Below, one piece after another: positions 53,573-64,000 of a DNA stretch of 64,000 nucleotides. Both the position numbers and the translations under genes were made by a program. The stretch comes from Octopus vulgaris (taxonomy: Eukaryota), in contig OX597815.1 of assembly GCA_951406725.2 (NCBI GenBank), positions 162,254,001 through 162,318,000 on the forward strand, given 5' to 3'. The stretch's first letter is position 1. Each line of letters starts with the position of its first letter. Below the pieces are notes generated by a model, which was not told the origin of the DNA, did no database searches, and saw only the letters and a list, made by a program, of their open reading frames with translations.

Positions 53573-54425
53573 CAACGTGCGTATGTCTGTCTGTCTGTCT
53601 GTCTGTCTGTATGTATGTGTGTGTGTGGGGGATGTTTTGCTTATTTCGTTTTAAAGTGACAGCTACTGCGAAGTTTCGCCTAAGTAGGGCTTTTCAAATT
53701 GTGCTTACGTAATCGTCAGTGAGAAACGGGCCTCTTTAGGTTCTATTTAGTTATATTGCGGTCGCTAGCTTCGTAATCCGTCTACGTTTTCTTTTACTCG
53801 TCTCGGTCATTGCGATTAGTTCAGCTGACCGCACTGCAGCGGTGTCCTATGCTGATTCAGTTGAACTAATTCTATTGGCCTCTTTTGCCGACGTTAAGTT
53901 AGGGGAACGTAAACAAACCAGCATGTGTTCTCAAGCGGTGGTGGGACACACTGACATACACGGGCTTTCTTCAGTTTCCGTCAACCAAATCAACAGGTAA
54001 GGCTTCGGTCAGCGTGTATATTCAGAACTACATCGTTCTTTTTGAAGACGTTAGGCTAAAATACAAGTGAGTTTTGTTTGCTATTTCCAACAGATCGAGC
54101 AACTATCTAGTGGCGCCCTCGCGGGAGAGCTGAGATCCATTGGCTGAAGTGTCTTCAATTCTCGTATCTAAGGGCGAAATAGAAGAGCATTTATCACAGG
54201 AGAAGTTTAGCGGGAGACAAGGAAGTGCGAGTCGCTCTTTGCGTCTTCGACGTCTGATCTCTGCCTTTTTTAACGTACATATATTTAATATAACACGGAA
54301 ACCGTATATACGTTTTGTATAAGATGAAAACACTCACATTTTGGGGAAAATTCGTAAATTTCACGATTTCTAAATTTGTTTCGTCACACATGCTCACGGA
54401 GATACGATATAAATATCAATATTCT

Positions 54426-55026
54426 CGCATAAGGCGGCGAGCTGGCAGAAACGTTAGCACGTCGGGCGAAATGTTTAGCGGTATTTCGTCTGCCGCTACG
54501 TTCTGAGTTCAAATTCCGTCGAGGTCGATTTCGCCTTTCATCCTTTCGGGGTCGATTAAATAAGTACCAGCTACGCACTGGGGTCGATATAATCGACTTA
54601 ATCCGTTTCTCTGTCCTTGTTTGTCCTCTCTGTGTTTAGCCCCTTGTGGATAGTAAAGAAATAGGTATTTCGTCTACCGCTACGTTCTGAGTTCAAATTC
54701 CGTCGAGGTCGACTTCGCCTTTCATCCTTTCGGGGTCGATTAAATAAGTACCAGCTACGCACTGGGGTCGATATAATCGACTTAATCCGTTTCTCTGTCC
54801 TTGTTTGTCCTCTCTGTGTTTAGCCCCTTGTGGATAGTAAAGAAATAGGTATTTCGTCTACCGCTACGTTCTGAGTTCAAATTCCACCGAGGTCGACTTT
54901 GCCTTTCATTCTTTCGGAGTCGATAAATTAAGTACCAGTTACGCACTGGGGATCGATGTAATCTATTTAATCAGTGTGTCTGTCCTTGTTTGTCCTCTCT
55001 GTGTTTAGCCCCTTGTGGGTAGTGAA
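54426..55026 (+). mobile_element. Trimeric SINE: one head plus three 184-bp body units
   Basis: Units start at 54481, 54665, 54849. Whole array flanked by the 20-bp direct repeat GATATAAATATCAATATTCT (54406-54425, 55027-55046). Confidence 0.9.
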
Positions 55027-55397
55027 GATATAAATATCAATATTCTTATATTGTTGCCAAGTGTTCTTCTTGGCGAGTATCCATTACCCTCCTATAGTTT
55101 GTGTATGGATGCTGTCATCGTTTGGATCAACACAATTGAGTGGATGGTTGACAATTTATGAGTATAGAAGTTGTCGAAACCTACACAGGGAGCCCAAACA
55201 TCGGATATCAAACGTGTTACATGATATTTTGGTATATTATTGTCGTCACTACTGGTTTCAGTCGCAAAATTCTTAACCGGCTGAGTTACTGCCGCGATCA
55301 GCTATAACCCAGGGATCACACACTCGCCTCCCAAGTTTCGTTTTCCATACAGTATTTGATCCTTTGTTCACTCATCAGCGGTACACTACGTATTTTC

Positions 55398-55835
55398 GGA
55401 TCTTTTCGGTTTGAACGGCAGTTTTTAACATAATTTCTAGGTAACTAAAAAATTTTAAACTTCGTATACTGGTAGAATGTGTTTACAAAAACATCTTTTT
55501 CTCTTGGCTTCATTGAGAAAATTCTATTGTTTGTAAGATATTTGTTGTTGTTTTTTCTTCAATTTCTGCAGTTTCAACCAATCACTGACTTCTATTGAGG
55601 TAAAAAAAAACATTCTGTGTCGTATGAATATGTCCCTCGTTTAAGAAACAGATTGGGTTTATTTACATTTGTGAAGAAAAAAAGATACCCTTCCCCCCAC
55701 CCCTAACCCTAACCCTAACTAACCCTAACCATAAAACAGATTGAAATGCAATAGATCGATACTAGAGTCATAATTATGGGTGACAATTTCATATGACACC
55801 GCTAGAAAAAATTGCCGTTCAAACCGAAAAGATCC
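55398..55835. mobile_element. Merlin-like MITE carrying telomeric hexamers
   Basis: 23-bp perfect TIR GGATCTTTTCGGTTTGAACGGCA, 8-bp TSD GTATTTTC (55390-55397, 55836-55843), internal (CCCTAA)n at 55701-55730. Appears nested in an older pogo-like MITE ending ~56145. Confidence 0.82.
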
Positions 55836-55966
55836 GTATTTTCTTTTAATATATTTTAATGTGTTATACAGTGCAGTACTGTATTGTATTTTTATTTATT
55901 CATTTATTAATATTTAGGCGTGAAAACACTTGTTTTACCACAGAAACACTTAAAGTCTAAAAAGAA

Positions 55967-56017
<51 letters not shown>

Positions 56018-56673
56018 CCTATCGGTCGCAGTAACCCGCGATATACCGAGATGTCCGCGATATAAATTTATATATATTAGCCAGAAGAATCTACGATGTA
56101 CTGAGGGCACGATAGGTGAACCGCCATATGACGAGTGATTATTGTATATGTATATATTAGCTACATTGTTTACTGTAAAATATTGTGTTGTTTTCCTATC
56201 ACAACGGAATTTTTCTTTTTTAGCTTGTTAAACTATTGACAACAGGGCCCATTCCGTCTTATTTGCCTTTCTCTCTTTCTCACACTTGTCTTTTCCGTTT
56301 TATGCAACAAGACACATTATATTCTACGCTAGCAGTACCGGCGGAAATTCCACGGATATTTTGTGAATTGTGTAATGAAATTGTATATTTTTCTGAAACA
56401 TTTGATTCTTGAGAAGATATAAAACTTCACGTTGGCAGAAATTAAAAGGGCAAGTCGATATGTTTGTCTGTCTGTTTATCTGCCTGCCTGCCTGCCCTTC
56501 TATCCATCCATCCATCCATCCATCCATCCATTCATCCATCCACCCGCCCCACCATCCGACCGCTCGTTCTTCTATCCGTCCGTCCGTCCGTCCGTCCATC
56601 CATCCATCCATCCATCATATCCTTCTTACATTTCTGCCAGTGTATGCATCTGTTTACTCAAACATTTAAACTA

Positions 56674-58235
56674 TAGCATCCCAAAGAGGGCGATATCGCC
56701 CACTGGTGGGCGATTTCAACTTACAGGTGGGCGATGGGCGAATTTCTAGAAAATGGTGGGCGATTTGAGATTTTGGCGGGCGATATGAACATTTTGTGGG
56801 TGACAATGAATTTTTAGAAATTAAGTCTGCGTTTACTGATATCTTGGGATGCCTAGAATAAGGATGCACTTTTATCGATTTGACTACTCGCATGAGACGT
56901 ACCTTTGTATTAAAAAAGCGGACTTGTTTATCGATAGAATATTTTTGTCGCAGTTATTGAGATGGTTGCTATGCGTGCTAAAAATAGCTGCCAAATAGGC
57001 CTAGGCCTTAAATCACACCCCACACAATTTTTTTTCTTCGGTATAATCGTATGAAGTCCCGCGTGTAGAAAACTCCGAAAAATAAAAAAAAAAAGCTATG
57101 TGGTGTTATATGCCGTGCGTAATTCTGTGGCTTCGTATCAAAACACAAGTGCTATTTTCAGGATGATGATAAAATGCGCAGTCAGGCACAAAATGACAGC
57201 TTTGAAATCGTGTTTCTTGACTGGTTGAAAATTATCAGACTTTAAACCTCTAGAACTTTTTAAAAACATCTTTCTGGAAAAAGTTGTATAGCTCCAGCAA
57301 TTTAGCTTGGAAAGGTACATTAATGAGCCGAATTCTAAAATTTTCGTAAATTTCAATTTTTGAAATGCTGGCAGCCAAACGAACTAGATCCGTATTTGCT
57401 CCAGTAAAGATGTTTCATCTGACTCTGCTCTATTGACTTCTTCTCTTTGGGAATACCATACTGCATTTCTGACACCATCTGTAGAAATTCGTTTTCACAT
57501 TTTCACTTTACTTATGCCTCCAGTCCAGAAAATTTGTCGACAGTACAGTAGCGATTATTTATCGTTTGAATTTATTCCCTCTCCTCAGAACTGTCAGTTA
57601 CCAATGTACCTTCTTTGCCATCAAACACCGACCAACGAAGCAATGAAACCTTCACGCTTGAAGTATCACATAGATGCAAAGAATTCTGAGAAGACGGATA
57701 AATCGTTATACTTTTTGCAACTGAGCTCCTCTTTCAAAAATTAAATACAAACATTCAACACGCTACTCCAGGAAATTAGTAAACAGGAGAATGACGGATT
57801 GATTGCATCGTACAACATTGCATTGCTTGTTGCTAAGTCAGGGAAATCTCACACATTTGAAGAAACATCACTTCGCCCAGTTATCGAAGAGGTTTTGTTA
57901 ACCGTTATGCACGAAAAACCCGATAACATTATGAAGAAGCTCCCACTTAGTAATAACACAATTTCTCAAAGCATCGATAAAATGGCCAACGATGTTAAAC
58001 ATCAGCTCATTAATATTCTCCAGCGTTCTGAAATTCCTATACAAGCGGATGAGTCAACTGTTGTGGACAATCAATGTTTGATGATATACGTTCGGTATTT
58101 CGGCGAAAACCTTCAACCTTGTGAGGAAATGCTGTTCACAGAGAGATTGCCGCTTGATTCAAGAGGTGCAACCATTTTTCACACTCTCAAGTCTTTCCTT
58201 TTCGAACATAATATCCCACTCAGTAATATTATATT
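56674..58235 (+). pseudogene. 3'-truncated Buster-type hAT transposon (BED finger + catalytic N-half)
   Basis: Left end with GGGCGAT subterminal repeats. ATG 57514 frame RQYSSDYL..NEAMKPSRLKYH..[stop 57742-57744]..ASYNIALLVAKSGKSHT..PLSNNTI..IQADEST..YVRY..EEMLF. Confidence 0.9.
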
Positions 58236-58407
58236 AAATAATCAAAAAAATAATACACACGTTTGAATAAAAAAAATACAAAGTTTATTGTCTTTTAGAA
58301 CTTTCCAAATGTATTATATCTCGCATCATTGCTGTCAATAAATAATTTAGCAACTTTTTCACAACTAATCTTTTTCAAAACATCTCTATGAACGTGGCAT
58401 ATTAAAA

Positions 58408-58626
58408 CAGTGGTTTTCAACCAGGGTTCCTCGGAACCTTAGGGTTCCGCCAGTACAGTCCAGGGGTTCCGCAAGAAGTTACAAAACTGCTAAAATCGGC
58501 AGTAATTTTTAATTCTCCTGTGCAGATATGTGTGCATAAGACTATTAAATTATTGCACAGGGGTTCCTCGAGCCAGTGGAATGTTTCCTTGGGGTTCCGC
58601 TCCAGCAAAAAGTTTGAAAAGCACTG
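58408..58626. mobile_element. Buster-type hAT MITE
   Basis: TIR CAGTGGTTTTCAA/TTGAAAAGCACTG; 8-bp TSD TATTAAAA/TATTAGAA with central TA. Confidence 0.88.
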
Positions 58627-59195
58627 TATTAGAATATGATTCAACCTTTGCTGAGTCAAGGTCGATCGCAGCTAAGTTTTGCTTCTCCACAAACCGCTAA
58701 AAGATTTTTCAGCTTCACAAGAACTGGCTAGAAACACTAAAAGTAGCCTGAGCAATCGCTCAACATTTGGAAACATGCAACGAACTTCTGGTTGCATTTC
58801 ACCGAATATTTTACGATGATCCTCAAGAGATGATCCACTATGATGATTTCTATAAAAAAATGTATTTCGTTCCTTAAAGAAAATTTATCAAGCTCTGGAT
58901 ACTGCATGATCACTTCAGCACAAAAATTTCCATTGAATAAAATTGGCTCAGTTTTTCATAATCTGCTAAATCCTGTGAAATAAAATAATTTTTCAAATTT
59001 GCTATTGCAGTATCCACTATCTGTAATTACTGCACTCTGCAATGATCCAAAACAGTGCAGTGTTGATATTTTAACGCATCTCCTTCCTAGTATCTTTTAG
59101 GGGCTTTTCGTTGCCTGGGTAGCTCCAAAGCCGAAACACCGAGTTGATAAATAATTTTTTCTGCTGTATTGAACAGCTGAATTTTTTCTTCACTG

Positions 59196-60444
59196 TGTTA
59201 CGGTTGGCTAAGTGCATTTCGGGTTTAATTAGTGTAGTGTTTCTGGTGACCCACATAGGAATAATGGTTCCAGTATGTCTGGTGAAAAGTGACGGGTCCT
59301 TTGTCTAGTGGGAGATTAATGAGACCTTTCTGACCTTGTGCGGTCGATTGGAGGTCATTCTGAGCACCCCTTGAAGAAGTGAAAGAGGAAGACAGATTAA
59401 GGGAATCTAAGAACAGATGGAGAGTGTATTGACAGTAAGAGAAAAGGGACAGATAGAGAGGAAGAGTCTGGCAGGCGATAGCGATAGAGTAAGAGCAGAG
59501 GGCAAATAGAAAGGATAAGCAGTAAGGGACAGATTGAGGATATAGATAGAGTATGGGGACCAGGGCAGTTAGAGAGGGTGTGAGTGGTACAGAGGGAGAT
59601 GAGGTAGTGGAAGTCAGGACGAGGAGGTGAGGTTTTGGGCAGTCGTTGAGCGGTCGTCGAAGAACACAGACGGATCTGGCAGTCGTGGTTGGTCGTGGAA
59701 GAACACAGACGGACCTTGGATTTAAGGAGCAAGCGTTGGAATTCCTGGGAGCGAGCTGGGATGCGAGGAGGCCTAGGAGCAAGCGATTGGAATATGCACA
59801 GAGGGGAATTAGCAGAGTATTCAGAGGATTTAGCAGTATTAAGAGATGAGTGCAGAATGGGACGCTGGCGATTCAGTTAGGAATTAAGGTATGTGATTGT
59901 GTATTGATACGTGTCACGATGTAAAAGAAAAGAAGAGAAAGAAGAGAGAAAAAGAAGGACTCTGTCGATGTAGTCGATAAAGAACATTGTGAATTGAGTA
60001 AAGGACTTGTTGAATTGTAACGTGAATTGTTGTGATACGAACATTGTATAATGTATCGAAGTGTTCTGATTGGACTGTGACGTATCGTGAACATTATTTG
60101 ATCTGGACTTGTTGTGTCGTTACTGAACACTGTTATATTGTTACATGCATGTTGTTAAATGCTTTGATCTGTGGTATACCGTATGATGTATTGATTTGTT
60201 GTTTGCCTTAAATGTATTTGATGTGTAGCAATTGATTGTCGTATAAACTGTTGTTTGAATATAAGCCAGTGTTGCCAGTTGTTGCCTTGCCTCTTTGGGT
60301 TGTATCTCGGGTTGTGCCTCTGTATCTCTGTGCTGTTGAGGTTGTGGCAGTATCTATCTGTATCTCCTCTCTCCGCCTCTTTGGGTTCCGTGGCGGAACT
60401 TGTGTGAGCCGTTCGGGACGGGCGACGAGGGTGATTCCGTAACA
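59196..60444. mobile_element. Solo LTR (Gypsy-like), 1249 bp
   Basis: TGTTACGG...CCGTAACA termini, 4-bp TSD ACTG (59192-59195, 60445-60448). Removing it rejoins the hAT homology. Confidence 0.88.
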
Positions 60445-60720
60445 ACTGTATAGATTTTTTTAGCTCTTCCTGCACCAGTTTGACACTATGCAGCATGCCA
60501 CCTAGATTGACGGTGGTACTTGGGAAAGATTTGTTCAATCCTTCAAGGAGTTGAAGTAATGGAACTACAACACATTGGCCCGTAGAGAGACACGTAAGGA
60601 TACCATTAGGTCTGGATGCAATGTTGGTGCCAAACTCATTTGTTGCTTCTGGTAAGGAAATGAGCATATCTGAATAAATTTCAAGAACGGCTTTGACAGA
60701 AGAAAGCAGGGTTAGCCATT

Positions 60721-61075
60721 GATCATACTTCACTACCTCGTTCCATGTCTTTCTGGGTCTACCGCTACCGCAGGTTCCCTCCACAGTTAGAGATCGGCAC
60801 TTCTTTACACAGCTGTTCTCATCCATATGCATCGCATGACCATACCAGCGCAGTCGTCTCTCTTGCACTCCACATCTGATACCTCTTATACTTAACTTTT
60901 TTCTTAAGTTGCTTACACTCTGTCAAACATACACACTGGCATTGCACATCCAGCGAAGCATGCTGGTTTCATTTCTTTCAAGCCTACGCATGTCCTCGGC
61001 TGCCACAGCCCGTGTTTGACTGCCATGTAGCCAAGCTATTCGCACACAAGCATCATATTATCTGTCTTTCACTCT
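60721..61075 (-). mobile_element. RTE LINE ORF C-terminal fragment
   Basis: AEDMRRLERNETSMLRWMCN..QERRLRWYGHAMHMDENSCVKKCRSLTVEGTCGSGRPRKTWNEVVK. Confidence 0.92.
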
Positions 61076-61555
61076 GTGTTTAGCCCCTTGTGGGCAGTAA
61101 AGAAATAGGTCATAGACCAGTGTAACTAAATGATACAGTGTGGAATAAAATTTATGGCGCGAGAAAGGGGAAATGTAGGAAAGGACGAGGAAAAATTACA
61201 GGAGAGGAAGTGGCAATAAAGAAAAGGACGAGAGAACAAGTGTTAGTAGAGAGAATTAATGTATATGATCAAAGCGAAGTGACAATAAAAGGAACGCTAG
61301 CAAATTTTAAAAAGCTTTGAAAGGACATAATGACAAAGAAATGCTTTCCAGACAAACAAGCGCACACACCCGCATACACATGTATATATTATTTATGCGG
61401 TATTATAAAACTCACTTGATAACAGCCAATTCATGTAATCGGACGATTTCGTGTTAAGGAATCTTCCAAGTTTAGAAATGTATAAATTAACAGTCTTCAG
61501 ACATGGTTCAATGGAAGACTATGTAGGAATAGTATAGGTCACGTCATCTGTTACC

Positions 61556-61627
<72 letters not shown>

Positions 61628-61629
61628 TT

Positions 61630-61830
61630 AATACCCACAAAGGGTTAAACATAGAGGGGACAAACGGATTAAGTCGATTACATGGACCCCAGTGCAAAAC
61701 TAGTACTTTATTTATCGACCCCGAAAGGATGAAAGGCAAAGTCGACCTAGGTGCAATTTGAACTCAGAACGTAGCGACAGACGAAATACCGCTAAGCATT
61801 TCGCCCGGCGTGCTAACGTTTCTGCCTGCT
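61630..61830 (-). mobile_element. tRNA-derived SINE (family of 54426-55026) between long (TA)n tracts
   Basis: Reverse complement of the head and core; (TA)n at 61559-61625 and mixed TA/TG at 61846-62042. Confidence 0.85.
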
Positions 61831-61842
61831 CGACGCCTTTAC

Positions 61843-61884
<42 letters not shown>

Positions 61885-61908
61885 TATATATATATATATA
61901 TGTGTGTG

Positions 61909-62013
<105 letters not shown>

Positions 62014-62570
62014 ATGTATACATACACACACACATATATATATGAACGAGAGAAATATAATACGATAAAGATTATTTAACCATTGAAAATTCTTATATTC
62101 AAGCAAGGTTTTAGTCAGCCCTGGGCTATAGTAGAAGACACTTGTTCTTATCCACGTCTATACATATGTGTGTGCATGCGCGCGCGTTTCATTTTGATCA
62201 AGATACTGGCGACTTCAGAGCAAAACATCTCATTAAAGTTCACTTGCATTGAGCATCTCTGATTGTCACTCACGCCCACTCCGTTTGTTGTTTTGGTTTC
62301 CGTCGACCAGCGTGACCGATGTAAAACACGTTGCATTTTACTATATATAAGGTAATATCAGTTAAGCATTAAGGAAGCAGAATTAACTTTCAGACACAAG
62401 ACAAACAGAACAACTAAGGAGGAACGCTGTGTTTCGAGAGTTTTGTGCATTGGCACTTATCGAAATTCTCGAACCTTGAGTCACTCTGTTGCTTCTGCTA
62501 AATATCTATAAAAATATACATATACTAACATTTTGAGTTCTATTTTTACTGTTTGCACCAACACACACAC

Positions 62571-62634
<64 letters not shown>

Positions 62635-63069
62635 TCTTTTTTTACGAGTTCCAGTCATTTGACTGCAGCCATGTTGGAGCACCGCGTTTAGTCGAACAAA
62701 TCGACCCCAGGACTTATTCATTGCAAGCCTAGTACTTATTCTAACGGGCTTTTTTGCCGAACCGCTAAGTTACGGGGACGTAAACACACCAGCATCGGTT
62801 GTCATGCGATGTTGAGGGAACAAACACAGATACACACACGCACATATGACAGGTTTCTTTCAGTTTCTGTCTACCTAATCCACTCACAAGGCTTTGATCA
62901 GCGTGACGCTATAGTAGCGGTGACTTGCCCAAGTTGCCACGCAGCGGGACTTAACCCGGAACCATGTGGCTGGTAAGCAAGCTACTTACCACACAGCCAC
63001 TTCGGTGCCGATATTGTGCATAAATGCATATATGTATACTGTGTATATTACATAAAACAAACACAACCA

Positions 63070-63121
<52 letters not shown>

Positions 63122-63271
63122 TACTACAAAAATTATAATGTTAAATTTTTGTAATGCAAATATGTGAATGAAAATAAAGTTTAGTTGGTAGCCGAAAGCT
63201 TACTGAATATTTTGATACCCCAAACGGCAAAATTGGCAACTCGGTTTTGGAATGCATAAAGAACATACGCG

Positions 63272-63316
<45 letters not shown>

Positions 63317-63720
63317 ACTCTCTTTTATAGATATAGATATAGATAAAAATTATCTCTACATTCACTTATAGTCACGTTTTGACAGTTGCTCAATGTGTGT
63401 GTGCGTGTGTGTTGCATGTGTCTGTATGTGAGCGTGTATGCATGTATGTATGTGTAGGGTATGTAATATATTCTTATGCTTTACATTGTCAATTTATTTG
63501 TTTTCCTCAAGGCCTTGCTATTCATAAACTAATCTCTCGAATTTTGATGCGTCAATTTCTAACAACAGCTATTGAGATTCATTATAGTGTTAAGGAAAGA
63601 TAATTCATATTTCTGTAAAGTACAGATGATCAAAGCAAGAGGTTTGACAAATATCACTGACACAAGAAATTATTAGTAACAATGAGGGGGAAAATCTCTG
63701 TAATTTGTATTTTATATACA

Positions 63721-63763
<43 letters not shown>

Positions 63764-64000
63764 CTTATGTTTACTTACATACACACACACACACGCACAC
63801 ATATATATGGTTAAGTATATGTATATATGTGGAGGTGCAATGGCCCAGTGGTTAGGGCAGCGGACTCCACGAGGTTCCGGCAGGGGGTAGTGGGGATCCC
63901 TGTTGTACTCTTTCGCTGCAACTTTCTCTCACTCTCTTTTCCTGTTTCTTGAGTAACGCTGCGATGGACAGGTGTCCCGTCCAGCTGGGGGGAACACATA

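Larger units (their letters stand above)
58293..60720 (-). pseudogene. ZMYM1-like hAT transposase relic, split by a MITE and a solo LTR
   Basis: Rejoined minus frame: WLTLLSSVKAVLEIY..LEGLNKSF..LELPRQRKAPKRY*..IVDTAIANLKNYF..MFPNVERLLRLLLVFLASSCEAEKSFSGLWRSKT*LRSTLTQQRLNHILICHVHRD..FGKF* (hAT dimerisation domain). Confidence 0.88.

Noticed and set aside
53429-53659. Mucin-like poly-Thr ORF
   Set aside because: Translation of an (ACC)n microsatellite.
54100-54135. CTCF-like TCTAGTGGCGCCCTC
   Set aside because: Only a partial match; not supportable without a matrix scan.
55701-55730. Chromosome end or fusion site
   Set aside because: Short, degenerate and enclosed in a TIR element with an intact TSD.
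56324-56749. SIHP/MDGW-repeat ORFs
   Set aside because: (CCAT)n and (CCGT)n microsatellite translations.
59225-60868. 185-aa and 237-aa minus-strand ORFs as host genes
   Set aside because: The first lies wholly in the solo LTR; the second is a chimera of RTE, hAT and LTR fragments.

Overview
AT-rich eukaryotic genomic DNA; the SINE/MITE repertoire looks like an octopod cephalopod (inference). Bases 1-~46,500 hold the 3' part of a plus-strand ELL gene (RNA polymerase II elongation factor). I reconstructed 11 GT-AG coding exons from 17437 to 36452, 1611 nt in one open frame ending in the occludin/ELL domain. The first exon lies upstream of the window, and a 3'UTR of up to ~10 kb is probable. 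This gene body is CpG-depleted and full of decayed SINEs and MITEs. From ~46,600 on, the DNA is CpG-rich. That part holds a candidate unannotated 3-exon gene for an 83-aa single-pass membrane protein ending in GYAAL, young tandem SINE arrays, and a nest of hAT, LTR and RTE relics. ELL introns also contain an inverted Penelope-like repeat pair with a minimal hammerhead ribozyme, a non-LTR relic with a rearranged hammerhead-like motif, and a pre-miRNA-like hairpin. All calls were made by eye; family names are recognition from memory, not database hits.
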